This document shows positions 54,233 to 64,000 of a stretch of 64,000 bases of DNA, piece after piece (the first letter of the stretch is position 1; each line of letters opens with the position of its first letter). The translations under genes were made by a program, and so were the position numbers. This DNA is from Hemiscyllium ocellatum (taxonomy: Eukaryota), in assembly GCF_020745735.1 (NCBI RefSeq), contig NC_083405.1:61098345-61162344 (forward strand), written 5' to 3'. Under the pieces are notes generated by a model that saw only the letters and a list, made by a program, of their open reading frames with translations, ran no database searches and was not told where the DNA came from.

Positions 54233-54310
54233 CGTTCCATGTGCAGGAAGTCCTCTGTGGGTGAGTCACAGGGCGGGCCGACTGCGCACTTTCCCGGAGT
54301 TACTGCAAGC
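54233..54310 (-). promoter_or_regulatory. FASTKD3: FASTKD3 putative 5' non-coding first exon / core promoter
   Basis: CpG-rich patch (53930-54300) with GC box GGGCGGG (54271), TGAGTCA (54262) and TTCCCGG. Donor AACG|gtgaga at 54233. The 5' boundary is approximate. Confidence 0.7.
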
Positions 54311-54708
54311 TGGTTCTGTGAAGGGCCTTTGGTTCTTGGCAGTAACCACATTATCAGAATAATCAGATGGGCTTCTCTTAACACTCACGCCTTTATCATG
54401 TTTTTACAGTTCCCATGTATGAGGGATTTGTATTTGCATTGTTAAATCCATGTCACTTAAGTCAAAGTATGATAACAGCTGAGCTTTAATATTCCTGCCA
54501 GGAGCTGTAGACTAAGACCAATGTAAGCATATTGTGCGTTCTCCTACTTCTGATAAGAGCGTTAAATTAATTTGGCATGGGCTGTGGAGAAAATGAAGAG
54601 AACCCTTCAGAAGCTAGCCCTCCTATTTGCTAACAACTTCATTGCCTTACAGAATGTGGTGGTGAGATGCCCTTGATCTGCTGCAGAATATAGGTTGCTA
54701 GGTACACA

Positions 54709-54945
54709 GCTGCAAATGTGTTGCTGGTCAAAGCACAGCAGGTTAGGCAGCATCTCAGGAATAGAGAATTCGACGTTTCGAGCATAAGCCCTTCATCAGG
54801 AATAGGAACAGGCCTATTCCTGATGAAGGGCTTATGCTCGAAACGTCGAATTCTCTATTCCTGAGATGCTGCCTAACCTGCTGTGCTTTGACCAGCAACA
54901 CATTTGCAGCTGTGATCTCCAGCATCTGCAGACCTCATTTTTTAC
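54709..54945. mobile_element. Perfect fold-back Penelope-derived element (102-bp arms) with 13-bp TSD
   Basis: 54705-54806 is the exact reverse complement of 54813-54914 (6-nt loop AACAGG); TGCTAGGTACACA at 54696 and 54946. Confidence 0.92.
54816..54851 (+). ncRNA. Minimal type I hammerhead ribozyme motif (mirror copy on the minus strand at 54768-54803)
   Basis: ATTC-CTGATGA-A-GGGC-TTAT-GCTC-GAAA-C-GTC-GAAT. Stem I is ATTC/GAAT, stem II is GGGC/GCTC, stem III is a loopless palindromic ACGT, and the predicted cut follows GUC at 54847. Confidence 0.75.
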
Positions 54946-55443
54946 TGCTAGGTACACACACAATGCTGTTAGGAAGGGAGGTACTAGGGGAATTTTGACT
55001 TATCAGTCTACTCTTGGTCATTAATAAAGTGATGGAAAGAGTCATCGATGTGCTATCAAGCAGTACCTATCAGTAATAATCTGCTCCCTGATGCCCAGTT
55101 TGGGTTTTGCCATGGCTACTCAGGTCCTGAGCTCATTACAGCCTTAGTTCAAATATGGTTAAAAGAGCTGAATTTCAGAGATGAGGTGGAAGTGTCTGGC
55201 CTTGACATCAAGGGCATCATTTGACCAAGGAGTGTTAGCAAAACTTGGGTCATTGGAATCAGGAGAAAGAGTCATACCACAGCACAAAGGAAGATGTCTA
55301 TTGGAGGTCAGTCAAATGCCAGGAACGACCATCCTAAAAAAAGAGAAAATTTAACCATTAGCCTTTGACAATTAATGGCATTACTGCTGCCAAATCTCTA
55401 CTGTAAAATATTAGGATGATCACTTTGGTAAGTTACTGGTCAG

Positions 55444-55569
55444 GCGGAAGTGGGTACTGCAGATGCTGGAGCCTGATGAAGGGCTTTTGCCCGAAACGTC
55501 GATTTTCCTGCTCCTCGGTTGCTGCCTGACCTGCTGTGCTTTTCCAGCACCACACTAATCTTGACTCTC
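55444..55569 (+). mobile_element. Short Penelope-derived hammerhead element with 13-bp TSD
   Basis: CTGATGAAGGGCTTTTGCCCGAAACGTC at 55473-55500; AGTTACTGGTCAG at 55431 and 55570. Confidence 0.85.
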
Positions 55570-56693
55570 AGTTACTGGTCAGCAGCCATGGAATAATGCT
55601 AGTTTCTGTCTTCATGAGAAGAATGTAACAAGTTTCAAAGATAGCTAACCAAAGAAACATGTGTACCTGAAAAGTCATAACAACCAACAATGGTAGTTTC
55701 AAATCACAAACCATGAATTGCCTTTCGCCAGTTTTATTAAAGGTAAGGGTATATATAGTTTAAGGTTCTAATCAGAAATTCATGTGAATCTGGTCAGCTA
55801 TGATAAGTAAACTCACATCACACACTTATGCGCTGAGCTGATAAAAACATATCTAAAAGCACAACCATTTTAAAAGGACATCGTGTTCAAGTTCTTACTT
55901 TACCAGATCATAGTTTGGTGTTTACTAGATGTGAATTATTTATGTAAAAATATATTATAAACAATGCATTATGTTAGAATTGTAAGTAGCTCATTTTTGA
56001 AATTTTATTTACAATATTATGAATCAAAGAAGTACATAAAATGAAATAATATGGATCTACATATACAATTATCTTTTATAAAGATCCTTACAATCCCATG
56101 GCAGTGAAATTAGTAAATTAAACACTATAGAAAGTTATCCATTTAAACATTATAGAGCAGATACTTAACAGTTAAGGATAATTTCAATCGTGAGATGTAT
56201 ATCCTTGCTTTGCCAGTCAACACCTTCAGTCCATAAAGGGAAGATTTTAAAATACTAAATTTGAATTGGTGAATGTTCTTAGAAATGATTTACATATTTG
56301 TAACATTTTGTTTTACATTCCTTTTTTTGTCTGTTTATTCAATCTCTTCACTATCACTCTACATTTTTCTGATGTAAGTACTTTCATAGTAATTTTCTAT
56401 TTCCTTCTCAGTTATTCCTCTGTTTGTCTATCCTTAAATTTACTTAATAAAGGAGATAGGCTATTGGTCTCATCCTTCACCAAAGATCCAGATGCTCAAT
56501 TACCTCCTTGCATTGCAATCAGCTTGACTTTGCTATAGTTAATTCCAAAGAACGAAGGCAAAGATCGAAATAATAGAATATGCTGTCCCGCTGTGATGTG
56601 GTTAGGAGCTGAGTGACCTGGCAAGATCCAAATTGAATTTCTGAAGAAGAGTCACAGTGGAGTCAAAGTATTAACTCTTTTCTCCATCCATAA

Positions 56694-56980
56694 AGCGCCA
56701 GAGACATGGGTTCAATTCCCGCCTCAGGCGACTCCCTGTGTGGAGTTTGCACATTCTCCCCGTGTCTGCGTGGGTTCCCTCCAGATGCAGCGGTTTCCTC
56801 CCACAATCCAAAAAAATGTGCAGGTTAGGTGAATTGGCCATGCTAAATTACCCGTGGTGTTAGGTGAAGGGGTAAATGTAGGGGAATGGGTCTTTGTGGG
56901 TTGCGCTTCAGCGGGTCAGTGTGGACTTTTTGGACTGAAGGGCTTGTTTCCACACTGTAAGTAATCTAATCTAATCTAAT
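56694..56980 (+). mobile_element. tRNA-derived SINE (HE1-like), 5'-truncated, nested in an older Penelope-derived repeat
   Basis: GGGTTCAATTCCC B box, body matching the other copies, (AATCT)4 tail, CATAAA on both flanks. Confidence 0.85.
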
Positions 56981-57274
56981 CATAAATGTTGCCCAACCAG
57001 CTGATTTTCTCCAACACTGTTTCTATTTAAAATTTCCAGCATCTCCAACAATACTTTTATTGAAGTGTATTTGTGTTCATTTTCCCTATGTTCATTACTT
57101 TGTCATTATGTAAAATTTTGTATGCCATAGTCCATACCCATACTTATCTTACTTACCGTTTTGTCTAATCTGGCTACACTGAGTTGCAGCTCTATAATTC
57201 CACAGCCCAATTTAGTTACTTAATGCAAGAAAAAACAAATGACCTAAATGAGTGGTATTATCAAGTCAGATAGA

Positions 57275-57473
57275 GGTCAGAAGTCACTCGATACTAGGTT
57301 ATAGTCCAACAGGTAAATTTAGAATCACAAACTTTCTAAGAACTGTCCTTTTGTCAGGTGATGAGGAGACAGCACTTGGAAAGCTTGTGATTCCAAATAA
57401 ACCTGTTGGATTATAACTTGGTTTTGTGGGAACTCTGACCTTTTCCACCCCAATCCAACACCAGCACCTCCGC
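57275..57473. mobile_element. Fold-back Penelope-derived element (second family) with 15-bp TSD
   Basis: Inverted arms GGTTATAGTCCAACAGG / CCTGTTGGATTATAAC; ATCAAGTCAGATAGA at 57260 and 57474. A sister copy follows at ~57548-57747. Confidence 0.8.
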
Positions 57474-57909
57474 ATCAAGTCAGATAGAAAATTGGCAAAT
57501 GAGAACCTGTGGTGCAGTCAGTGGTGTCCCTATCTCTGCGCCAGAATGGGGAGGTGTTGGTGTTAGACCAAGGTGACAAAGTCAGACGTCACAGGGCACC
57601 AGGTTATAATCCAGCAAGTTTATTTGAAATCACAAGCCTTCTCAGCACAAGCCCTCTCACCCAACAAAGGAGCAGGGCTCCAAAAGCTTGGGATTTCCAA
57701 ATAAACCTGTAGGACTACAACCTGGTGTCACCTGACTTCTGACTCTCGGCCAAAAGTTCTGGGGTCAAGACCCGCTTGCTTCAGAGGTGTGTCATAACAT
57801 GCCTGAGCAGGTTGATTGAAAATAACAAACATTGGTGGCCGAGTTGCCTGAAAGTAAAATTTATTTTAGTACTCTTTGGAGATCTCCTTTGTGATAGATT
57901 GAATAGGGC

Positions 57910-58104
57910 TGAGATGCTGGAGATTAGAGATGAGCGTGTATAGTGGTGGAAAAAACACAGCAGGTCAGGCAGCATCCGAGGAGCAGGAGAATTGATGTTT
58001 CGGGCAAATGCCCTTCATCAGGACGGATGAAAGGCTGATGAAGAGCTTTTGCTCAAAACGTCGCTTCTCCTGTTCCTAGGATGCTTTTCCAGCACCACAC
58101 TCTC
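57910..58104. mobile_element. Fold-back Penelope-derived hammerhead element with TSD
   Basis: Opposed cores CCCTTCATCAG / CTGATGAAGAGC; GAATAGGGC at 57901 and 58105. Confidence 0.8.
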
Positions 58105-58253
58105 GAATAGGGCAGAGGTTCTGTCAGAGCAGGAGCGCAGTTATTGGACATCTGGAAGGATGAGACCAATAGCTTATCTCCTTAATTAAGTAAATTTTAG
58201 GATAGACAAAAAGAGGAGCAAGTGAGAAGGAAACAGAAAATTATTATCAAAGT

Positions 58254-58872
58254 CCTTTATTGGTCAGAGTATTGAGTACAGCAGTTGGGAGGTCATGTTG
58301 CGGCTGTAAAGGACATTGGCTAGGCTACTATTGGAATATTGCATGCAATTCTGGTCTCCTTCCTATCGGAAAGATGTTGTGAAACTTAAAAGTGTTCAGA
58401 AAAGATTTACAAGGATGTTGCCAGAGTTGGATGATCTGAGCTACAGGGAGAGGCTGAACAGGCTGGGGCTGTTTCCCCTGGAGCGTCAGAGGCTGAGGGG
58501 TGACCTTATAGAGGTTTACAAAATTATGAAGGGCATGGATAGGATAAATAGGCAAAGTCTTTTCCCTGGGGTCGGGGATTCCAGAACTAGAGGGCATAAG
58601 TTTAGGGTGAGAGGGGAAAGATATCAAAGAGACCTAAGGGGCAACTTTTCACGCAGAGGGTGGTACTCGTATGTAATGAGCTGCCAGAGGATGTGGTGGA
58701 GATGTTAAATTGTAACATTTAAGAGGCATTTGGATGGGTATATGAATAGGAAGAGTTTGGAGGGATATGGGCCGGGTGCTGGCAGGTGGGACTAGATTGG
58801 GTTGGGATATCTGGTCGGCATGGACGGGTTGGACTGAAGGGTCTGCTTCCATGCTGTACATCTCTATGACTC
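58254..58872 (+). mobile_element. CR1 LINE 3' fragment (same subfamily as 34805-37918)
   Basis: EYCMQFWSPSYRKDVVKL...[13 protein letters not shown]; CTCTATGACTCTA tail. Confidence 0.92.
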
Positions 58873-58874
58873 TA

Positions 58875-59400
58875 CTGACATCACCATCGCCCCCTCCAGG
58901 GCCTTCGTTCCGCCCATTTCACATGGATTGCATTCATTGGATAACAGTGCCCGAGGCCACATGATGATTGGGTAGTTTAGCTGTTAATCAGGTGGGTTGG
59001 TTTTGTTCTGCGCTTGCGCCGATGTTGCCAATGAGTGGAACGCTGAAAGTATCGAGTTGGAGTTGGATACTTGTCGGAATCACTGAGAAAGTGGGATCGG
59101 TTCGCACAGCACATTTACCTCGATTCAGGGCTATTCATGACCGTCTTGTAATTTGTCCCCGACGGGTATTTCTTACTGTGGCGCTTACAAAAAGGACAGT
59201 TATCACCCCCAGTCCTCCTACGTAAGTAACGTATGTTGTTTTTGTTCTGCCCTGTGGATTCTAGTTCGTGTATCGCTCTAGAGGTCCCTCATCATTTTAC
59301 AGTGTGTACTTGTAACAAATAGTCTGATCATTTAAATCCCATGTGCTGCTCTTTCGGTTTGCGCCATCTTCAATTTTTCACATAATAAAAGTGCCATAGC
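58875..59400 (+). promoter_or_regulatory. CpG-rich promoter and probable non-coding first exon (donor at 59221|GTAAGT) of the next gene, possibly MTRR
   Basis: CpG-dense unique sequence with CCGCCC, three CCAAT/ATTGG boxes, CTAC|gtaagt and a YY1-like GCGCCATCTT at 59361. The MTRR identity is inferred only from known FASTKD3-MTRR head-to-head synteny; no MTRR coding exon was seen. Confidence 0.5.
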
Positions 59401-61114
59401 GCACCGGTGTCCTTTAAATCAGTGGAAAATTTAGAGGAACAGTCCCCAGTGTTTGCACTTTAGTCTGGAATGGAGTGAGGGTGATTGGAAAGCCAAAATA
59501 AAAAATATCGTTTTCTTTTGGAGGGTGTACAATATGTTTAGCTATATTGCCGTTCTTGTGAACCAATTTTGGGAAGGGGGAAATGAAGTACAAGTTTGTC
59601 GAAAGGTACGGAAACAGGCCATTCAATGCAGACAGATCATGCTGGCGAATCTGCTCCCTTCAATGCCAATCCCACATGTAATACTTGCAGCTTTTTATCA
59701 GGAAAAAAAAGACTTCCTTCAGCTTTCAGTAGACATTTCTTGGTGACAGTTCTCTGTTGATGGCATCTGCTTTTTCTCTGTCCACTCTATCATTTTTCTA
59801 ATTTTAAAGACCTATTTTGGCTCACCACTTACCTTTTATCAGAGCTTTTCTGGGATACAGATGTATGAATTAGGAGTGGACATAGGCCAATTGGTCCTTT
59901 CAGCCTCTTCTGCCATTAAGCTTGATCATGACCAATGTGGTTTTAACTTTAGCTTGACATTCTTGCCTACTCCTGATAATCTTTTGCCATTTGCTTAACT
60001 AGAATCTCTGCAAATTTATTGACAACTTTTACAATCTACAGATATCCTCCTATCAACCAGGTGGCCAAGTTTTGTAATAATTCACAATAATTCCTTGTGA
60101 CTTTATGTCCAAATTATTAACCTACATTTCAAAGAAAAGAGGGAACTGAGTACGAAACCCTGTGGAACCTCACTAGAGTAAACCTTAGCATCACAAAAGT
60201 AAACATTGATAATTGCTCTCTGTGTCTTGCCACTGATTTTTATTTTATCCAACTTGCAATATTCACCTAGTTCCTATTGATATTTCTTTTAAACCAGTAT
60301 GCTTTTAAACCTTGTTTAAAAACCTTGTCTACATGCATTTTAGCAATGTCAAATCTGCCTTCATTAATTCTCCTTGCTACTTTCTGAAGCAATTCCAGCA
60401 TATTAATCCAGACAAAATCTTCATGATCTCCACTTAACAAATCTGTGCTGTCTTTTGTTGGGAACATGTTTGCTCTGAACCACTTGAATCTTCCACCTTG
60501 AATGTTTTCACTGTTCTGACACTGATTTACTTTCAAACTGTTTGTTTCCAATCCATTCTGCTAAATCACTCCTTAGATTTGTAAGACTGGCCTTGCCAAT
60601 GTTTAAGAATTCTAACTTTGGTTCTATATTTGTCATTTCCCATAATTATGCTCAAATTTTAACTGAATATTAGTCATTACTGCTAAAATGTTCTCGTGCT
60701 GCCACTATTTCCAACTGTTAACTTAAGCTCTTAAAATTTACCCCAGAACTGCAACGATTGTTGAACTTGGCAAATATGCGACAAGTCATCTTTCCTGAAT
60801 GCACCTCAATAACTCTGCTTCCTCAATTCCTTTCTCACAAGCTGCTGCAACTTAATATTGGGATTATTGATTAAATTTATGAGCAAATGTCTCACACCAA
60901 AGAAAGAGTTGCTGGACAGATCGATTGATCATAACAGTAGAATTTCCGGTATTGTGTTATGTATGGGCCTCAGGAGCAAGTGGAACTTGTCCCCAGGCAG
61001 CCTGGCTCATGGGAGGGATACAACCACTGCATCACAAGAGAATTGCTTTCCAATAAGTTGTGATATTCTACAATCATTATTATATCAGAGTTTTGAGAAG
61101 ATTTGTAGCTCAGG

Positions 61115-61445
61115 TTGAGCCTCTGCATGTAGTCAGCTGAAAGGTTCATTTTCAGATGTTTGGTCACCATACTAGGTAACATTTCAGTGAGCCTCCTGTT
61201 GAAGGACCGGTGGTGTAGCCTGCTTTCTGTTTATATGTTTGGGTTTCCTTGGGTTGGTGATATCATTTTCTGTGGTGACATCATTTTCTATGGTGATGTC
61301 ATTTCTGGTTCTTTTTCTCAGGGGGTGGTAAATGGGATTAAAGTCAATGTGTTTGTTGACAGAGTTCCGGTTGGAATGCCATGCTTCTAGGAATTATTGT
61401 GCGAGTCTCTGTTTGGCTTGTCCTGGGATGGATGTGTTGTCCCAG
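61115..61445 (-). mobile_element. Penelope-like element 3' fragment (distinct family), truncated by CR1
   Basis: Minus strand DWDNTSIPGQAKQRLAQ*FLEAWHSNRNSVNKHIDFNPIY (GIY-YIG C-terminus), then a decayed hammerhead core CTGAAATGTTACCTAGTATGGTGACCAAACATC. Confidence 0.7.
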
Positions 61446-64000
61446 TCATAGAGTCATAGACATGTACAGCACAGAAACAGACCCTTCGGTCCAACTTGTC
61501 CATGCCGATCAGATATTTCAGCCCAATCTAGTCCCACCTCCCAGCACCCGGCCCATATCCCTCCAAACCATTCCTATTCATTTACCCATCCAAATGCCTC
61601 TTAAATGTTGCAATTGTACCAGCCTCCACCACATCCTCTGGCAGCTCATTCCATACAAATACCACCCTCTGCGTGAAAAAGTTGCACCTTAGGTCTCTTT
61701 AATATCTCACCCTAAACCGATGCCCTCTAGTTCTGGACTCCCCCACCCCAGGGAAAAGTCTTTGTCTATTTATCCTATCCATGCCCCTAATAATTTTGTA
61801 GACCTCTATAAAGTCATCCCTCAACCTCCGATGTTCCATGGAAAACAGCCCCAGCCTGTTCAGCATCTCCCGTTAGCTTAAACCCTCCAACCCTAGCAAA
61901 TCCTTGTAAATCTTTTCTGAACCCTTTCAAGTTTCACAGCACCTTTCCGATAGGAAGGAGACCAGAATTGCACACAATATTCCATCAATGGCCTAACCAA
62001 TGTCCTGTACAGCCGCAACATGACTTGCCAACTCCTGTACTCAGTACAGTGACTGATAAGGGAAAGCCTACACAACACCATCTTCACTATCCTATCTACC
62101 TGCGACTCCACTTTCAAGGAGCTTTGAACCTGCGCTCCATGGTCTCTATTCACCTATATTCCCCAGGACCTTACCATCAAGTTTATAATTCCTGCCAAGA
62201 TTTGCTTTCCCAAAATGCGGCACCTCGCATTTATCTGAATTGAACTCCATCTGCCACTTCTCAGTCCATTGGCCCACCTGATCAAGATCCCATTGTAATC
62301 TGAGGTAACCTTCTTCGCTGTCCACTACCCCTCCAATTTTGGTGTCATCTGCAAACTTACTAACTATACTTCTTATATTCACACCCAAATCACTTATATA
62401 AATGACAGAATTTAGTGGACCCAGCACCGATCCTTGTGGCACTCCACTGGTCGCAGGCCTCCAGTCTGAAAAACAACCCTTCACAACCACCTTCTGTCTT
62501 CTACCTTTTGAGCCAGTTCTGTATCCAAATGGCTAGTTCTCCCTGTATTCCATGAGGTCTAACCTTGCTCACCAGTCTCCCATGGGGAACCTTGTCAAAT
62601 GCCTTACAGATGTCCATATAAATCATATCTACTGCTCTGCCCTCATCAATCTCTTTGTTACTTCTTCAAAAAACTCAATCAAGTTTGTGAGACATGATTT
62701 CCCATGCACAAAGCCATGTTGACTATCTCTAATCAGTCCTTGCTTTTCCAAATACATGTACATCCTGTCCCTCAGGAGTCCCTCCAACAACTTGCCCACC
62801 ATCGATATCAGGCTCACTGGTCTGTTGTTCCCTGGCTTGTCGTTTCCACCCTTCGTAAACAGGAACACCACGTTAGCCAACCTCCAGTCTTCCGGCACCT
62901 CACCTGTGACTATTGATGATACAAATATCTCAGCAAGAAGTCCATCAATCACTTCCCTAGTTTCCCACAGAATTCTCAGGTACACCTGATTAGGTTCTGG
63001 GAATTTATCCACTTGTATGAGTTTCAAGACATCCAGCACTTCCTTTTGCGAGATGTCACCATCTGTTTCCCTACATTCTATATCTTCCATGTCCTTTTTC
63101 CCAGTAAATACTGATGCAAAATACTCATTTAGTATATATAGTAATACTCAAATACTCTCCCATTTTCTGTGGCTCCACACAAATGCCGCCTTGCTGATCT
63201 TTGAGTGGCCCTATTCTCTCCCTAGTTACCCTTTTGTCCTTAATGTATTTGTAAAAACCCTTCTGGATTCTTCTTAATTCTATTTGCCAAAGCTATTCGC
63301 TCTCCTGATTTCCCGCTTAGGTATACTCCTACTGCCTTTACATTTTTCTAAGGATTCACTCGATCTATCCTGTCTATACCTGACATATGCTTCCTTCTTT
63401 TTCTTCACCAAACCCTCAATTTCTTTAGTCATCCAGCATTCCTTATACCTACCAGCCTTCCCTTTCACCCTGATAGGAATATACTTTCTCTGGATTCGTG
63501 TTATCTCATTTCTGAAGGCTTCCCATTTTCCAGCCGTCCTTTTACCTGTGCACATTTGCCCCCAATCAGCTTATGGTAAGTTCTTGCCATAATTGGCCTT
63601 TCTCCAACTTAGAACTTCAACTTTTAGATCTCGTCTATCCTTTTCCATCACTGTTTTAAATCTAATCGAATTATGGTCGCTGGCCCCAAAGTGCTTCCCC
63701 ACTGACACCTCAGTCACCTGCCCTGCCTTATTTCCCAAGAGTAGGTCAAGTTTTGCTCCTTCTCTAGTAGGTACATCTGCATACTGAATCAGAAAGTTTT
63801 CTTGTACACATTTAACAAATTCCTCTCCATCTAAGCCCTTAACACTATGGCAGTCCCAGTCTATGTCTGGAAAGTTAAAATCCCCTACCATAAACACCTA
63901 TTATTCTTACGGATAGCTGAGATCTCCTTACAAGTTTGTTTCTCAATTTCCCTCTGAGTATTAGGTTGTCTATAATATAATTCCAATAAGGTGATCATCC
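61446..64000 (-). mobile_element. CR1-clade LINE ORF2 (same subfamily as 34805-37918), runs off the window end
   Basis: GDFNFPDIDWDC, SDHNSIRF, VPEDWRLANVV, SGVPQGSVLGP and FADDTKIGG on the minus strand; frameshifted. Confidence 0.95.

Noticed and set aside
54705-54914. miRNA precursor or DNA-transposon MITE
   Set aside because: The arms are homologous to the terminal repeat that follows the Penelope endonuclease at 17930-18020, so a Penelope origin explains it better. There is no evidence for a miRNA.
58968-59746. ORFs near 59 kb as MTRR coding exons
   Set aside because: No resemblance to the MTRR flavodoxin N-terminus, non-ATG starts, and no exon-like boundaries.

Overview
Vertebrate nuclear DNA, most likely a shark or other elasmobranch (inferred from HE1-type tRNA SINEs and HER1/CR1-type LINEs). 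It is intron-rich and dense in retroelements. I assembled the genes by hand from GT/AG exons with consistent phases: the last two exons of CHMP5 (+), a complete 7-exon BAG1 (+, 207 aa), and a complete FASTKD3 (-, 662 aa, 6 coding exons plus a 5' exon). A CpG-rich promoter/first exon at ~58.9-59.4 kb may belong to MTRR, by synteny only. The main find is an unrecognised 3-exon gene on the minus strand between CHMP5 and BAG1 (10889-10857, 7023-6919, 4989-4819). It encodes a 102-aa protein with an 8-Cys cross-brace-like zinc finger and a Lys-rich tail; the ORF track captures only its middle exon. The second theme is a set of short Penelope-derived elements carrying minimal hammerhead-ribozyme cores. 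Several are fold-back palindromes flanked by 9-15 bp target-site duplications, and one has perfect 102-bp arms just upstream of FASTKD3. Repeat boundaries are approximate and family names come from recalled knowledge, not database searches.
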